64,000 nucleotides of DNA from the human T2T-CHM13v2.0 reference genome, Homo sapiens: the NCBI RefSeq assembly GCF_009914755.1, contig NC_060928.1. One strand, written 5' to 3'. Shown in pieces: positions 1 to 12,265 of the stretch (position 1 is the first letter of the stretch; each line of letters opens with the position of its first letter). A model generated the notes under the pieces. The model saw only the letters and a list, made by a program, of their open reading frames with translations, ran no database searches and was not told the DNA's origin. A program made the translations under genes and the position numbers.

Positions 1-1639
1 TTTGTAATATAAATAAAATTTTGTAATAAAATATAAAATCACTTCTTGTCACAAAATACACTAAGTTAAATGTTTCATGTACATTACTTTTGCAAACAGT
101 GAGAGTTAGACATTAAGATATGGCATCAAAGAGGATATTCTGAAAGATCCCAAAGGTTCTTCCTGACAGAAAAGAGTTCTCTCTCACTTTCTGTGGCTGA
201 AACATAAATGGTTTAATACAATTGGGCAGATCTTTTCCCAGTGCATGCATGTTTGCATGTGTAAATTTGTGTGTATGTGAGCAAACAGATGAAGATCAAG
301 AAACTCTGATTAAAATCAGATTCCTAGATGTTGCTTGCCCCTGTGGGGTTGGTAAAATGATAGGGTTCTGGTGACTCCAGAGCTGTGACAGACTAGGAAA
401 TTTTGTGGGTTGCTTTATAAACAACCTAAACCAAAATAATCTGGTGATGTGGAAGTTCAAAAGGTAATCCACTGTGTATTGTGCTTCAGGCAGTTTGCTG
501 TCCTGCAAGACCTGAAATTTCCACAGAGTAAAACCACACGTAGCCTTTCATTCACCCGGACGTGACCTGGAGTCCTGCTTATTATTTCATAGTCCAGGCC
601 AGCCCAGGCACCAGAGGCCAAGTATACACTCTCTACTACAGGCAAAAAACAGCTATGGACCTTCTAGAAAATGACACAAAATTCACATTTTGTTAACAAT
701 ATTCTGCTCACCAAAACTAGGACTTAAGAATGGTGTGCTAATGGGAAATGGTCATATTTTGCCATGTCCAGGTTCTCTTCTCCTGACCCAGTGATCTTGA
801 AAGAAGAGACAGTGTTACATCACTGAAGGAGCATGGCCTTTGGGGTCAAAACAAAACATAGATTCCAACCCTGGCTCAGCCTCTTGGGGCAGTCCTCGAC
901 TTCCTTCCCTTGCTAGAGTGAGCACCCAGGGAAGAAGTGTCTTCTCTCTGAGTGGGCAGCATTTCAGAACACTGGCAGGTGACAATGCTAGTGACACTGT
1001 GAGTGAAAAGTTCAAGTATATGGGTGTGAAACTTCTCCCTTCTGGCACTCTCCCCTCTGCTTGCCCTTTCATGCAACCCGCCCAGGTAGTGATTGGATCT
1101 TAGGATCTGGCTAAAGAGAGGGGAAGTAGTCCAGTACGTCTCAAACTTGGGCCAAGGGCTACAGGCCAGCTTGCCAGTAAAGTGCTTTGCATTGGAGCTT
1201 TGGACACAAGTTCAACTGAAAATAAAGGGTTCATTTCCTTTCTAATTGTCTCTTACGTGTGTATCTCCCTCACACACTCCCAGGGTAGAAAAGTGACTGG
1301 CAAGATAGACTAAGCCTTTCTGGGTCCCTTGGGCAAATATTATTAATATTCTCTAATCTACCACTATTTCTTTCTAAATGTCTGATTTCCATTCAGCCCA
1401 CTTTCAACCCTACATATCAACATGTCTGAACAGTCCTTGTGTGTACTGAACTCAGATGCATGAATACTGGTTGATGAGGGAATGGTTCAAGCTACTACGT
1501 GGAGATGCCTGTTGAAATTGGTCAACAGTGTTACCAAGTTCAGCAGCATTACCATCTACATGCATAAATTATAAATTTTTTGTTCCACATTTGATTTACA
1601 AGAAACAAGAGAGATATGTATATCAGTTAAGTGACTCTG

Positions 1640-1780
1640 TAAATTCCATAAGGTCTCTATGTTTCACTATACCAACCTGAGAGATGGAGTTAATAATTAG
1701 AAATAGTTTATGTAAATTGTCTTTCCCAGTGCCCTGGAACACAGCAGAAGCTCAATAAATAGAAGCTATTGTTATGATTA
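1640..1780 (+). mobile_element. MIR fragment
   Basis: Degenerate MIR 3' end (cagtgccctggaacacagcagaagctcaataaat...gctattgttat). Confidence 0.5.
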
Positions 1781-2229
1781 ATGAGATTGTGAAGTCAGGG
1801 ACTGTCTCACCCGTCTTTGTATTGGTGGCACCTAGCTTTGCAGCTAGAAGATAACAGATCCTCAATGAGCATTTCATGAATGAAAATACACTATGTGCTT
1901 CTATCCCCTTCTTAGAACAATATGGTATGGAATAAGAGGTCTCAGTTCCCGAGATGCTAGAATCCTTTCCTGTTGCTGCTATGAAAGTTCTGACCATATC
2001 CTACTCTTCACCCTGATTTTTAGATCTCCTGCCAATTCCAAAGGCTCTACTTCTAACTTTCAAACTAGCAAGGTTGGCAGCCTCATCCTCTACTTCCAAT
2101 TCCCTGAACCCACCAACAACAGTAAGTTCTGCTTAGCCTCCACCATGGCTACATATTGGCTATTCTGAGAATCTGACATTCAACTTTGTTTAAATACACA
2201 CATACAAACATGTATGTGTATAAAATTTT

Positions 2230-2600
<371 letters not shown>

Positions 2601-3500
2601 TGACCTGACTACCTTATAATACCTTGTAGTTAACCACCTCTTGGCTGGTCCAGAGGATCGGGGATTATTCATCACTTGTTTTAAAAGGCCTTCTGCCATT
2701 ATGCAGAAGATACGAGACTAAGATCTTCAACCTCCTCCCCTACAAAGAGATTTTTAAAAAATCACTACTATTAATAGTTTGATGTCTGAATTAGATACAT
2801 GTAATACCAGTATTGCTCATAATGTTGGATATTTAAAATTTTAACTGTTACATGTGAAATGTATGGGACAATGTTTATAACTTCGTTCTGCATAAAAGAT
2901 TTAAAAATCTCAATTCATGAAAAAAAGCATTGGAAATAATTTTCATTTTTTATTCTACTGGTGGCCTTTATTGCCTATAAATCTATACCATGAAAAGCCT
3001 GCCTTCTTTTCTACCAAGCTGTGTGCCATTGCTGTTAATAGTACTCACAGTCTTCGGAACCAATTCAAATTTTAAATAGAATGCTTGACACAATTAATAT
3101 AAGATGCAGAGGGCTCCTGCTACTGAGATTTTCCACTTAAACCTGACATATTAAATCTAAAACATTTCTGCCAACCTACCAGGCACTCTGAGATCTAGAC
3201 ATCTCCTGGGATGACAGACAGGTTTGTTTATAATTAGTTTTTCATTAAATGAAATTGGCACAGTAGACATACTGTTTAATCAACCTTCCTCTTGCTTAAC
3301 ATGCAGGTTTTCTTATATAATCCTAAAATAAAATGGCTGAATGTAAATTAATTTTTGTATATCCATGTTCTCTTGTGACCTGTCCCATTGATTTGCCTCA
3401 GAGTGAGCCTCCAGGTAAGAGTAACTGGCCATTTACTACATTGTATAATTTTCAGCCCACAAGAGCTAAAATTAAGCCAGCCTTATGTCTTTTCCCACTA

Positions 3501-3721
3501 CAGGTTGAATATCCCTTATCCAAATGCTTGTGACCAGAAGTGTTTCGGATTTTGAATTTTTTTAGATTTTAAAATATTTACTTCACCAGTTAAGCATCCC
3601 AAATCCAAAAATCTGAAATCCGAAATGCTCCAATGAGCACTTCCTTTGAGCTTCATGTTTGCACTCAAAATGTTTCAGATTTGGGAGCATTTTGGATTTC
3701 AGATTTGAGATGCTTAACCTA
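3501..3721. mobile_element. Tigger4/MER46-type non-autonomous DNA transposon (TcMar-Tigger)
   Basis: Termini caggttgaatatcc ... gatgcttaacct, flanked by TA. Internal repeats aaatccaaaaatctgaaatccgaaatgctcc. Confidence 0.8.
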
Positions 3722-4589
3722 TAATTAAATTTTCTATTATCTGAAAAGTTAAGTCCTTTTCTTTCCCTTAAGAAATCAAGTTAGAATTTTATCATGCAAG
3801 GCACTCATCTGGAAATGAAAATATCAACTCATTGTGTATGTGTACTGTGAGTGGGAAGGAAAGGAGAGAGTCTCCCCTGGAGATGAGAGGTCATGATGGT
3901 TAAGGAAGTTGGCTCTGGTCAAATATCCAGGGCTAATAGAATCTCAGGGAAACCAAATTTCACTAAAAGTTAACTGAAATTCATCTTCTCCCCAGATGAA
4001 TCCAGGCATCTTCTCCTTCGCCAAGCAGCTGTACTATCAAGAAAGTTGTAACTGTTCAGGAAACATTAAAAACGAAAATAAAACAAACAAACAAAAAACA
4101 CCTTTAACCTCTAGCTACAACATTATTAGCTTCCATTTAAATACAAGAACATGCTTAACTCTAAAATGTTTTCAAAAGCCTAAGTCAAGCTAGGTAATAA
4201 CTCTACATTTATTTATATCCCACCTTGTTTCTAAATCAGTTTTCAATTATTTATAGATGTATCAAGACAAAATAAATAACAAATAGGAAAAACAAGGCAA
4301 ATGGAAAATAAGAACAATAAAACTAGCCGGAGCCAACATTTTGACTAATTATGTTGTGGAGTCTTTGCTGGAGGGGCTACAAATCTGGTCCTAAGCACTC
4401 TAGCAGAGGGAAATAAAATCTTTACAACATGTATAAAACCCACAACCTAAAAACAAACCAGCTGCTTAGAAGCCTCCCTATTCCTGGTACAGACAGCAAA
4501 GAAAACTGTAACAAAGTAAACCAGGCCCAACTTGCAACAGCCCTCAACCGAGCCCAAAAAGGAGATCAATAATGTTCATCCCTTTCTAT

Positions 4590-4715
4590 GATCTAACTCT
4601 GTGAAGTAGATACTTATTTTATGGCTAGGGTTACTGAGGCTTAAAGAGGCAGAGTACCTTTTCCATGGTCATATAACAAATAAATGGCAGAGCTGGGCTT
4701 CAAACCCTGACTGTT
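4590..4715 (-). mobile_element. MIR fragment
   Basis: actgaggcttaaagagg...ggtcatata...aatggcagagctggg is the reverse MIR core. Confidence 0.6.
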
Positions 4716-5691
4716 TCACCACAGGCCTGCACCCCCATCATCAGGACACACCAATGGCATTCTCTGCAAACAGCACAACTTACGACTGTGGGCAGGCAGG
4801 GTGATGCAATTGGTGTAGGTACTAGGGCAATCTAATTTAATGATCTTTTCTATCGTAATTCAACTCAGCACTGGAGCAAATAGAAAATATAAGCCAAAGC
4901 TTTGGCCTGGATGAGAGATGTCTCACAACTGCTAGTTCCTTGCTTATAATTTTATGAAACAAGGTCTTAAACAACAGTCTTTCTCTACTACCGAAGGTTG
5001 CATTTGCTTGTTGCTTCCCTTTTAATTTTCTTTCCAGAATGGCCCTCTTCTTTGTATCTGTATCTCCTGGCTACCCTAATTCTCCCTATTATTTTCCCAT
5101 TTGGATGTTTTTAAGCAATTAGCCGTTTAGACTCTATCTGTAGGATGTCATGTTTTCAGAAGGGAAATCAACATAATCTAAGGGGGCCTTCCAAGACTGA
5201 AGGTGCCTTTAAACAGCCACAGCTACAGACCATATGGACACAAGACAAGAAATTAAATAATGAATCTTTAATGTAGAGATTTGGTATCGGATCTGTCATG
5301 TGACTCAAAGTAAACCATTCACCTTCAGGACCTGCTTCCTTAGTATTTTCATAAATGTGTCCTTATAAGAAATAAGCAGGATCTAGAAACTCAAAAGAAA
5401 TAAAGGTTAAGCTTCAGAAAATCAGGTTGAACTTTAATGAAAATTAAATGTATTTTTGAGTTCTTCTAATAGCTTCAGGCCACTGATCCTCACTGTTAAA
5501 AATTTTGCAGGATGCAGGCAAGGGACTTTCTAATGTTTTGTTAAGATTAACAGAGATAATAGATGAAAGATAGATACCCACCTCACCTAACAAGTATGAA
5601 CATACGCTGCAGGTGTTAGGAGGTGGAGTGTGCCAGATTAACATGACTAAAGACCTAAAAGAGAAATAAAAATGGGAGAAACTATACTCAC

Positions 5692-5802
5692 TCCAAGGGC
5701 AGCTTGGTAGGGAACATCTGATGGGAAAGTAAACGAGGGGCCAGTTGTCACTGGGCTGCTTGGGGGCGGGGTCACAATTAACCCGGTGGTACTTATATGA
5801 AC
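5692..5802 (-). CDS. SH3RF1: SH3RF1 internal coding exon (probably exon 6): Pro/Ser/Thr-rich linker
   Basis: 111 bp: [37 protein letters not shown]. Acceptor cttttcttttctcggcag|GTT, donor GGA|gtgagt. Continues the frame from ...APSQ. Confidence 0.93.
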
Positions 5803-7029
5803 CTGCCGAGAAAAGAAAAGTTATTAAAAAGAAGACTATGTTTAATACAACAGAATATACTGGCTAAACCTTAGAAAGGCAAGTCACATTAAAAAAAAAA
5901 TCTGTACTTTCTGTTATTTGGGGAAGGTAGAATCCCTTTTAGTCTGCTCAACCCAAATTTACCAGTGACCTAATTTGAACCAGGCATTTTACTAGATGCT
6001 GGGGAGTGATGTGATAAATACTGGTCACAACAGTGTCTTACCTACAGAATTCAACTGCCATTGGCTTTCACGGTAACACATTGCCTCATTTGGTACGCCA
6101 CCATGAATCAAACTGGCCTTCCAATGGACAGCCTGGTGCTCAACTAGCCTCCTAACAATTTCCCTGAAGATCCTGTTAAGGTGGGTAGTGGCTGAACACT
6201 CACCTGTCTATCAATACGTTAAATCTATGTGAAATTCTTCAGGTATTTTGCTATTTTCAGGATCATTTTTCATGACTTCTACCTTTCGGTGGGGATGCAT
6301 AATTAAAATGCAGCTGCCTAGACATGCTTAGAGCGGGCAATTACTTATAAAATCTTTAAAGGAACAATGTCAAGCCAAATTAGTTGTTTTCAAAGGTGTC
6401 TTATCCATGATACAACCCAAGATTAATTTACTAGAAAGAAATTGAGTTATTCAGGTCATTTCATTGCCTGTGTTAAGTTACTCGATCAATTTCACTCAGG
6501 TTGCATAGCAGGTCCAACTGCAGAATGCAGTGGTGTTACTAGAAGCTACAGAAGTAGGGGGATGGGTTCCTGCACAAATGGAAGTGTTTCTTCCCCTCCA
6601 GTGTGAATAGAAGCAATGTGGTTGGCTGGTACCTGCCTCCCTAAGAAAACAATAACCCACCCAAAATGCTAGGTTTTATAATAAAAATGTAATCCCAAAC
6701 ATAGTTTTCTCAGTTCCCACACATTGAAAGAAAGATTGTCAGGACAAAGAAAAGCTCAGAGGTTAGTTCCCAGAGGACCTAATGGAAACTTTCAGTTTCC
6801 CACTGGGGTAGGCCCGACCAAAGCCAGGCATAATCAGCATCATGGCATGTAATTTATTTTCACAAATAAATCTATGCTATACATGGAATCTGCAATCTTT
6901 TAAAATTCATCTGTATCTATTAGTCTATATATTGATTGAACTAAAGTTTGAAACTAAGTAGATCCAGGGGGTGGCACTAAAAAGAGTTTCTCCCCAAACC
7001 CAGTTTCTTCCTTTTCTTCTTCTCCTCAT

Positions 7030-7115
7030 TATTTTTTATTAGACAGGGTCTCACTATGTCACACTTCTTATTAGACAGAGTCTCACTATGTTGAGCAGGC
7101 TGGTCTTGAACTCCA
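7030..7115 (-). mobile_element. Alu/FLAM fragment with an internal ~33-bp duplication
   Basis: ttattagacag(g/a)gtctcactatgt occurs twice, followed by caggctggtcttgaactcc. Confidence 0.7.
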
Positions 7116-7200
7116 AACCCTCATTTTCTATTTTTCCTGTGAACCAAAGTCTATTTCCAACCTATTTCTAACGGGAAGCACACTGGTTTCAAAGTGGACA

Positions 7201-7812
7201 TGAGGCAGGAGAATAGGGTCTGAAGGCAGGGAACCTAAGGCTGTTTCACGCTGACTTCCCAGAACTAAACTGAAAAGAAAACCTTAACTTTCCACGCCTA
7301 AGTAACAAATGGACCAAAGGCAACTTTGCAAACCCCCACCTTTTCTGAACCGCAGGTGGGAAACTGAAAGTACCTCTGACTGGTTGCTTTCTGTAACCAA
7401 TCAGCCATTTGCATAGGAGTATAACTTTGTAACTTCACTTCAGCCTCTGATTGGTTGCTGTCCTCAACCATTGATTGTGGGCCAAGTCTTTGTTTGCATA
7501 GAAGTGCAACTCTGTTAACTTCACTTTAGCCTCTGATTGGTTGCTTTCCCCAACTACTGATTGTGGGCCAGCACTTCATTTACAGGTGGTGAATACCAAG
7601 TGTCCAATGGGAAACCTCTAGAGGGTATTTGGGCCTGAGAAGACTCGGTATCCAGGGCCCTTGAGCCGCTGCTCGGGCTGCTCCCACACTGGCGTGTACT
7701 TTCATTTTTAACAAATCTCTGCTTTTGTTGCTTCATTCTTTCCTTGCTTTGTGTGTTTTGTCCAATTCTTTGTTCAAAACGCGAAGTACATGGACACCCT
7801 CCACTGGTAACA
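7201..7812 (+). mobile_element. Solo ERV1 LTR, MER51A-like
   Basis: TG...CA termini (tgaggcaggagaatagggtctg ... ccactggtaaca). Perfect 4-bp TSD gaca at 7197-7200 and 7813-7816. Repeated ctctgattggttgct CCAAT modules. Confidence 0.88.
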
Positions 7813-8951
7813 GACATTATTATCAAGGAACCCTTGGGGCAGAAAAAAACTTACCAAAATACAACTTCCTGGGCCTGACCCTATACATATCTGAGAAAGA
7901 TATCATTATTGATTGACATTTCTCTAAAAGCCCAGAGTGGGAGACAGAATAATTAGCTGTTAATGACCTCATGGTTTTGGGATAAGTCCCTTCATGTCTC
8001 TAGGCCCCTGTGAGCAGGTGGACCAGAGGCTACCTAAGGTGTCTGCCATCACAGGCACTTCAGGGAAGCACTGACATGGAGAATCCTGCAAGTACCCCTT
8101 CAATACAGGGCTTTCCTAGCACTGCAGCAAAGGAAGAGACAAAGTCACCAAAGAATGACTAAACGCAGAAGGACAAAAAGTAGAAGTAAACCAGTCTGAA
8201 GGGTGAGTATGTCTAGAATAAATGCCCTGAATAGGGACAACCTGAGTTTCTGCTGGGCTTACCCTTTTCTCATGGAACTGCAAAAATTAGTTGTCTCCTC
8301 TGCAAGAAAGGCTAAGTAAGGTGGGGAAGAGTTGGGGTAAGCAAAAAGGAGGTGGGGGTGGGGGTTTATTGCTTTCCCTGAGGCCACTGAATACAAAGAT
8401 GCCATAGAAACACTGAATATTATGAATCACTCCTCTGGAGGCCAAAAAATATCCTAAGTGTGGTCAGAGGAGGAGACAAAACATCTTGGCTGCTTGTACC
8501 ACCATGTGCTTTTACAGACACTCATGTCACAGTCACAGACACTCATGAACATCTATCTGATCTGGCGACCCACCTGGAAAGCACTGCCTATAAGTAATCT
8601 TTCAATTTATGTATTTGAAAGTTCAGCCATCACTCAATAGTCACTAAATATAATAGCAAGCAAGCCCTTTGGCTTCCAACTTGTCCCTTTCACCTTCCAG
8701 CTGCCAGCAATTTGGACGTGACAGTGACATCTCTAATTGCCATATAGAAACCAGGGCATAAGGACCCACTTATATGGTGTAGACATGAGCTGGAAGGTGC
8801 CGAGGTCCCTAATAACTTTGTGGTGCTATTATGCCAGCATCCAACTGCCTATATCTAGATTTCATTGGGATGAGATAAAAATGAATACTAACATTTTTAA
8901 GCCCCTTACTTTCAATTTTCTAATCAATTCAGCCAAACTTAATCCTAACTA

Positions 8952-9529
<578 letters not shown>

Positions 9530-10698
9530 TCAGTTAAATCTACAGCCAGGCTCTTTGCTGGGCAGGGGAAAAGGAGAGTCCTGTTTTAAATGGTCTTACA
9601 TGAGCCATTTCCCCATACGCACTGATCTCCATGGTTGGAAGAGTTTTTGCACGTCACAAATGCTACACATGCTCAATGCTCTATTGTGGCCTGGGGTGCC
9701 CTCCAATGTACACAGTGCCCTAGATAAGTAGTGTTTTCTGTAAACCTCGGCTGGAGAAACCAGGCAGCACTTCAAACACCTCCCAGCCTCTTCTAGAAAT
9801 AACTTCTCCCTGAGGCAACACTCTGCCACTGAAAACAGAACAAACTGGAATATGGAAGGAGGGGTGGAATGGTTGAAGGGGAAACTTTTAATGGAACACA
9901 GAAAGAGCCTTGTTTCCTAAGCTACTTGAACCAAAACAAAAATAGCTCTACTTTTATAGTCTTCATTCCCAGCTCTGGTGTGGTAACGTCAGGCATGCTC
10001 ACACCTGAATGCTGAGCTCTCTGCAAAAGATGAAAATGCTCAGTATATCTTCTTTTCTCTTTTCATTTTCTCTAATGCCAAAAGATTATTGTCCACTCTC
10101 TTAAAGCTATTCCCATTCTGAGCTGTCACTATTCTTGGCAGAAGCTTGTCTTTTATTTCAAGACAACATCATTGTGCAAATGTTGCTAGGTCCCAAGATA
10201 AAAAGCACAGAATCAAAATGATTCCATTTTCTGTTAGTGAGTGGCCATCTTCACTAGCTCCCTCCTTCAGAACCTTACTCAAAAATCTTTAGTTCTGAAC
10301 CTTTCTGGATTAACCTCACTTTGCCCTTCCTACTCTGATCTATGATCCATGTCTTTTTCTCACACGGATATGATTAGTTAAATGTAAAATGACATGGTTC
10401 CCCTCTCTACCCATTTTTCAAGTGACTCATTCATCCAACAAATACATGTTGAGTGCTTTCTGCATGTCTTATGTCTGCCATTTAGAATATAATCAGTGTA
10501 CAAAACAAAGACCCTTGCCTTCACTGCACTCATGTTCTAGTTGTGCGTTGTGCGTGTCTTTATTTCTCAATAAGAGTTTCATGGCCCTACCACCTAAAAA
10601 TGCCACAAAACAACAATCCCACAATCCCATTCAGAAAGTGAATGCATTTAACTTGAAACACGCAGTATAAATCTAAAGGAGCAGGGTCAAATAAATGA

Positions 10699-10840
10699 GG
10701 CTGAGGCTGTGGCTCATACTTGTAATCCCACCACTTTGGGAGGCCCAGGTAGGATGTTCACTTGAGGCCAAGAGCTTGTTACCAGCCTGGGCAACAAGGT
10801 GAGACCCCATCTCTATTAAAAACAAACAAACAAACAAACA
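10699..10840 (+). mobile_element. FLAM / Alu left monomer with an (AAAC)n tail
   Basis: Single Alu arm ending gagaccccatctcta followed by aaac repeats. Confidence 0.8.
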
Positions 10841-11962
10841 TGAGGCTGAGAAAAAAATGGCAAGGGATATCAAAAACTGTATTTTACATTTTCATTCTGT
10901 GGTCCAAAATAGGCACTTACTAGAATGTAAACTTTTTGAGGACCAGGACTGGTATTTCTTTCTTTTTCTTTAAGGGGACATAATTTCATTTTAATGTTTA
11001 AAGAAAAAAAAACCACCATAGCTATATGGTGGAGCAGAATGTAAAATCTGCATGAATTTTCAAGATGAAACATGAGACTTGAAAGAAATTCCTTCTGCTT
11101 GTGACAGGCAGCTTTGAACTAGATTCTTTGACCTTTAAGTTGAACAAAATACAGCCATCACCTAAGTGGATAATGATAGCAGCCCCGTGGCTTGGGCAGG
11201 GTTATAATTAGGTTCTTTTTGTAGTGCAGAATTAAAGCCTAACACAGCAAATTGCTATATTTTAGATATCATGGTATACACAGTGCCTAGAAGGGTCTAA
11301 TAGTAAAGTGCTCAATAAATGTCTGCCAAATGAATGAATGAATGATTGAATGAATGCCCCAGTCATCCCATGTATTTTTATAAACCTAAGAATAACGCGT
11401 GGCTATTTTTTACATACCAGTCCAAAGTTGTAATGAACTAATGAACTTAGAAAGTGTGAGGTCAATTTCTAATTTAAATTAAATGCTTCTTTCTGTCCTT
11501 GCTCTTTTTCTCTTCTCTATAATTCTGGGAAGCCTACATATTAAGGTAAGTTACATAGATACAAGCAACTACAAACGTCACGAGTTTGGACCATGGCATC
11601 TTAAATCTGGGTGGAGATAAAGTTTTAGTTGGCAAGATCTCCCAAAGCAGTACTGTGAGAAAGTTCTGTAAGGCTGAGTGATTGCTTGGTGAAACTGGTA
11701 AGTATTATATAACTCATCTTGTAAGTTCTGATCTTTCCTTTGAAAATGACAGAGTAGTTAGTTCTGGGTTGATACACTCAAGTTAGCTTTCCCTTCTCCA
11801 TTTTTCCACTTACAAAATGAAGACAGGTTTTGCTTCCCAGAAAAGTTACTATCTTCAGAAGTTCAAAATAAGCAATGTTTGTCAGCCAGTGAGCAAACAT
11901 GTTTGTAAGTTGATCCTTTTGTGGGTGAGCTCTTTTTATATAACACTTGTTTGAGGATTTAC

Positions 11963-12265
11963 CTGAGAAGGGGCACTGCAGGAGAGCCCAGACAGCTCGC
12001 TGATCCGTGCAGCAGCAGTGGGGTTGCTGGAGCTGATGAGGACAGGGGGGCTGATCTCCATGGAGTGGCGGTTCTGGGATGCCTGGGAGGACTTGTTGGC
12101 CATAGTGAGGGAAGTGAAGGAGTGCCGCTTTTTGGTGTTCTTCTTGGTGTCGGAGTGCTTTGGGGCAGTGCTGCTCTGGGCTGCTGCCGAGGAACATTCT
12201 CCAGCATCAACTCCTGGCACAGGAGGCTTATCCCATTCTATCAGCTGCTTAGCAGCCGAGTTAAA
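11963..12265 (-). CDS. SH3RF1: SH3RF1 internal coding exon (probably exon 5): Rac-binding linker with the KKRHSF Akt site (S304) and the CRIB-like MEISPP motif
   Basis: 303 bp, 101 codons: [17 protein letters not shown]...[13 protein letters not shown]...[17 protein letters not shown]...SCSAPSQ. Acceptor ttttgcag|TTT, donor CAG|gtaaat. Confidence 0.96.

Noticed and set aside
2643-2670. Y RNA-like start (ggctggtcc)
   Set aside because: The similarity ends after about 9 nt and there is no complementary 3' stem or U tail.
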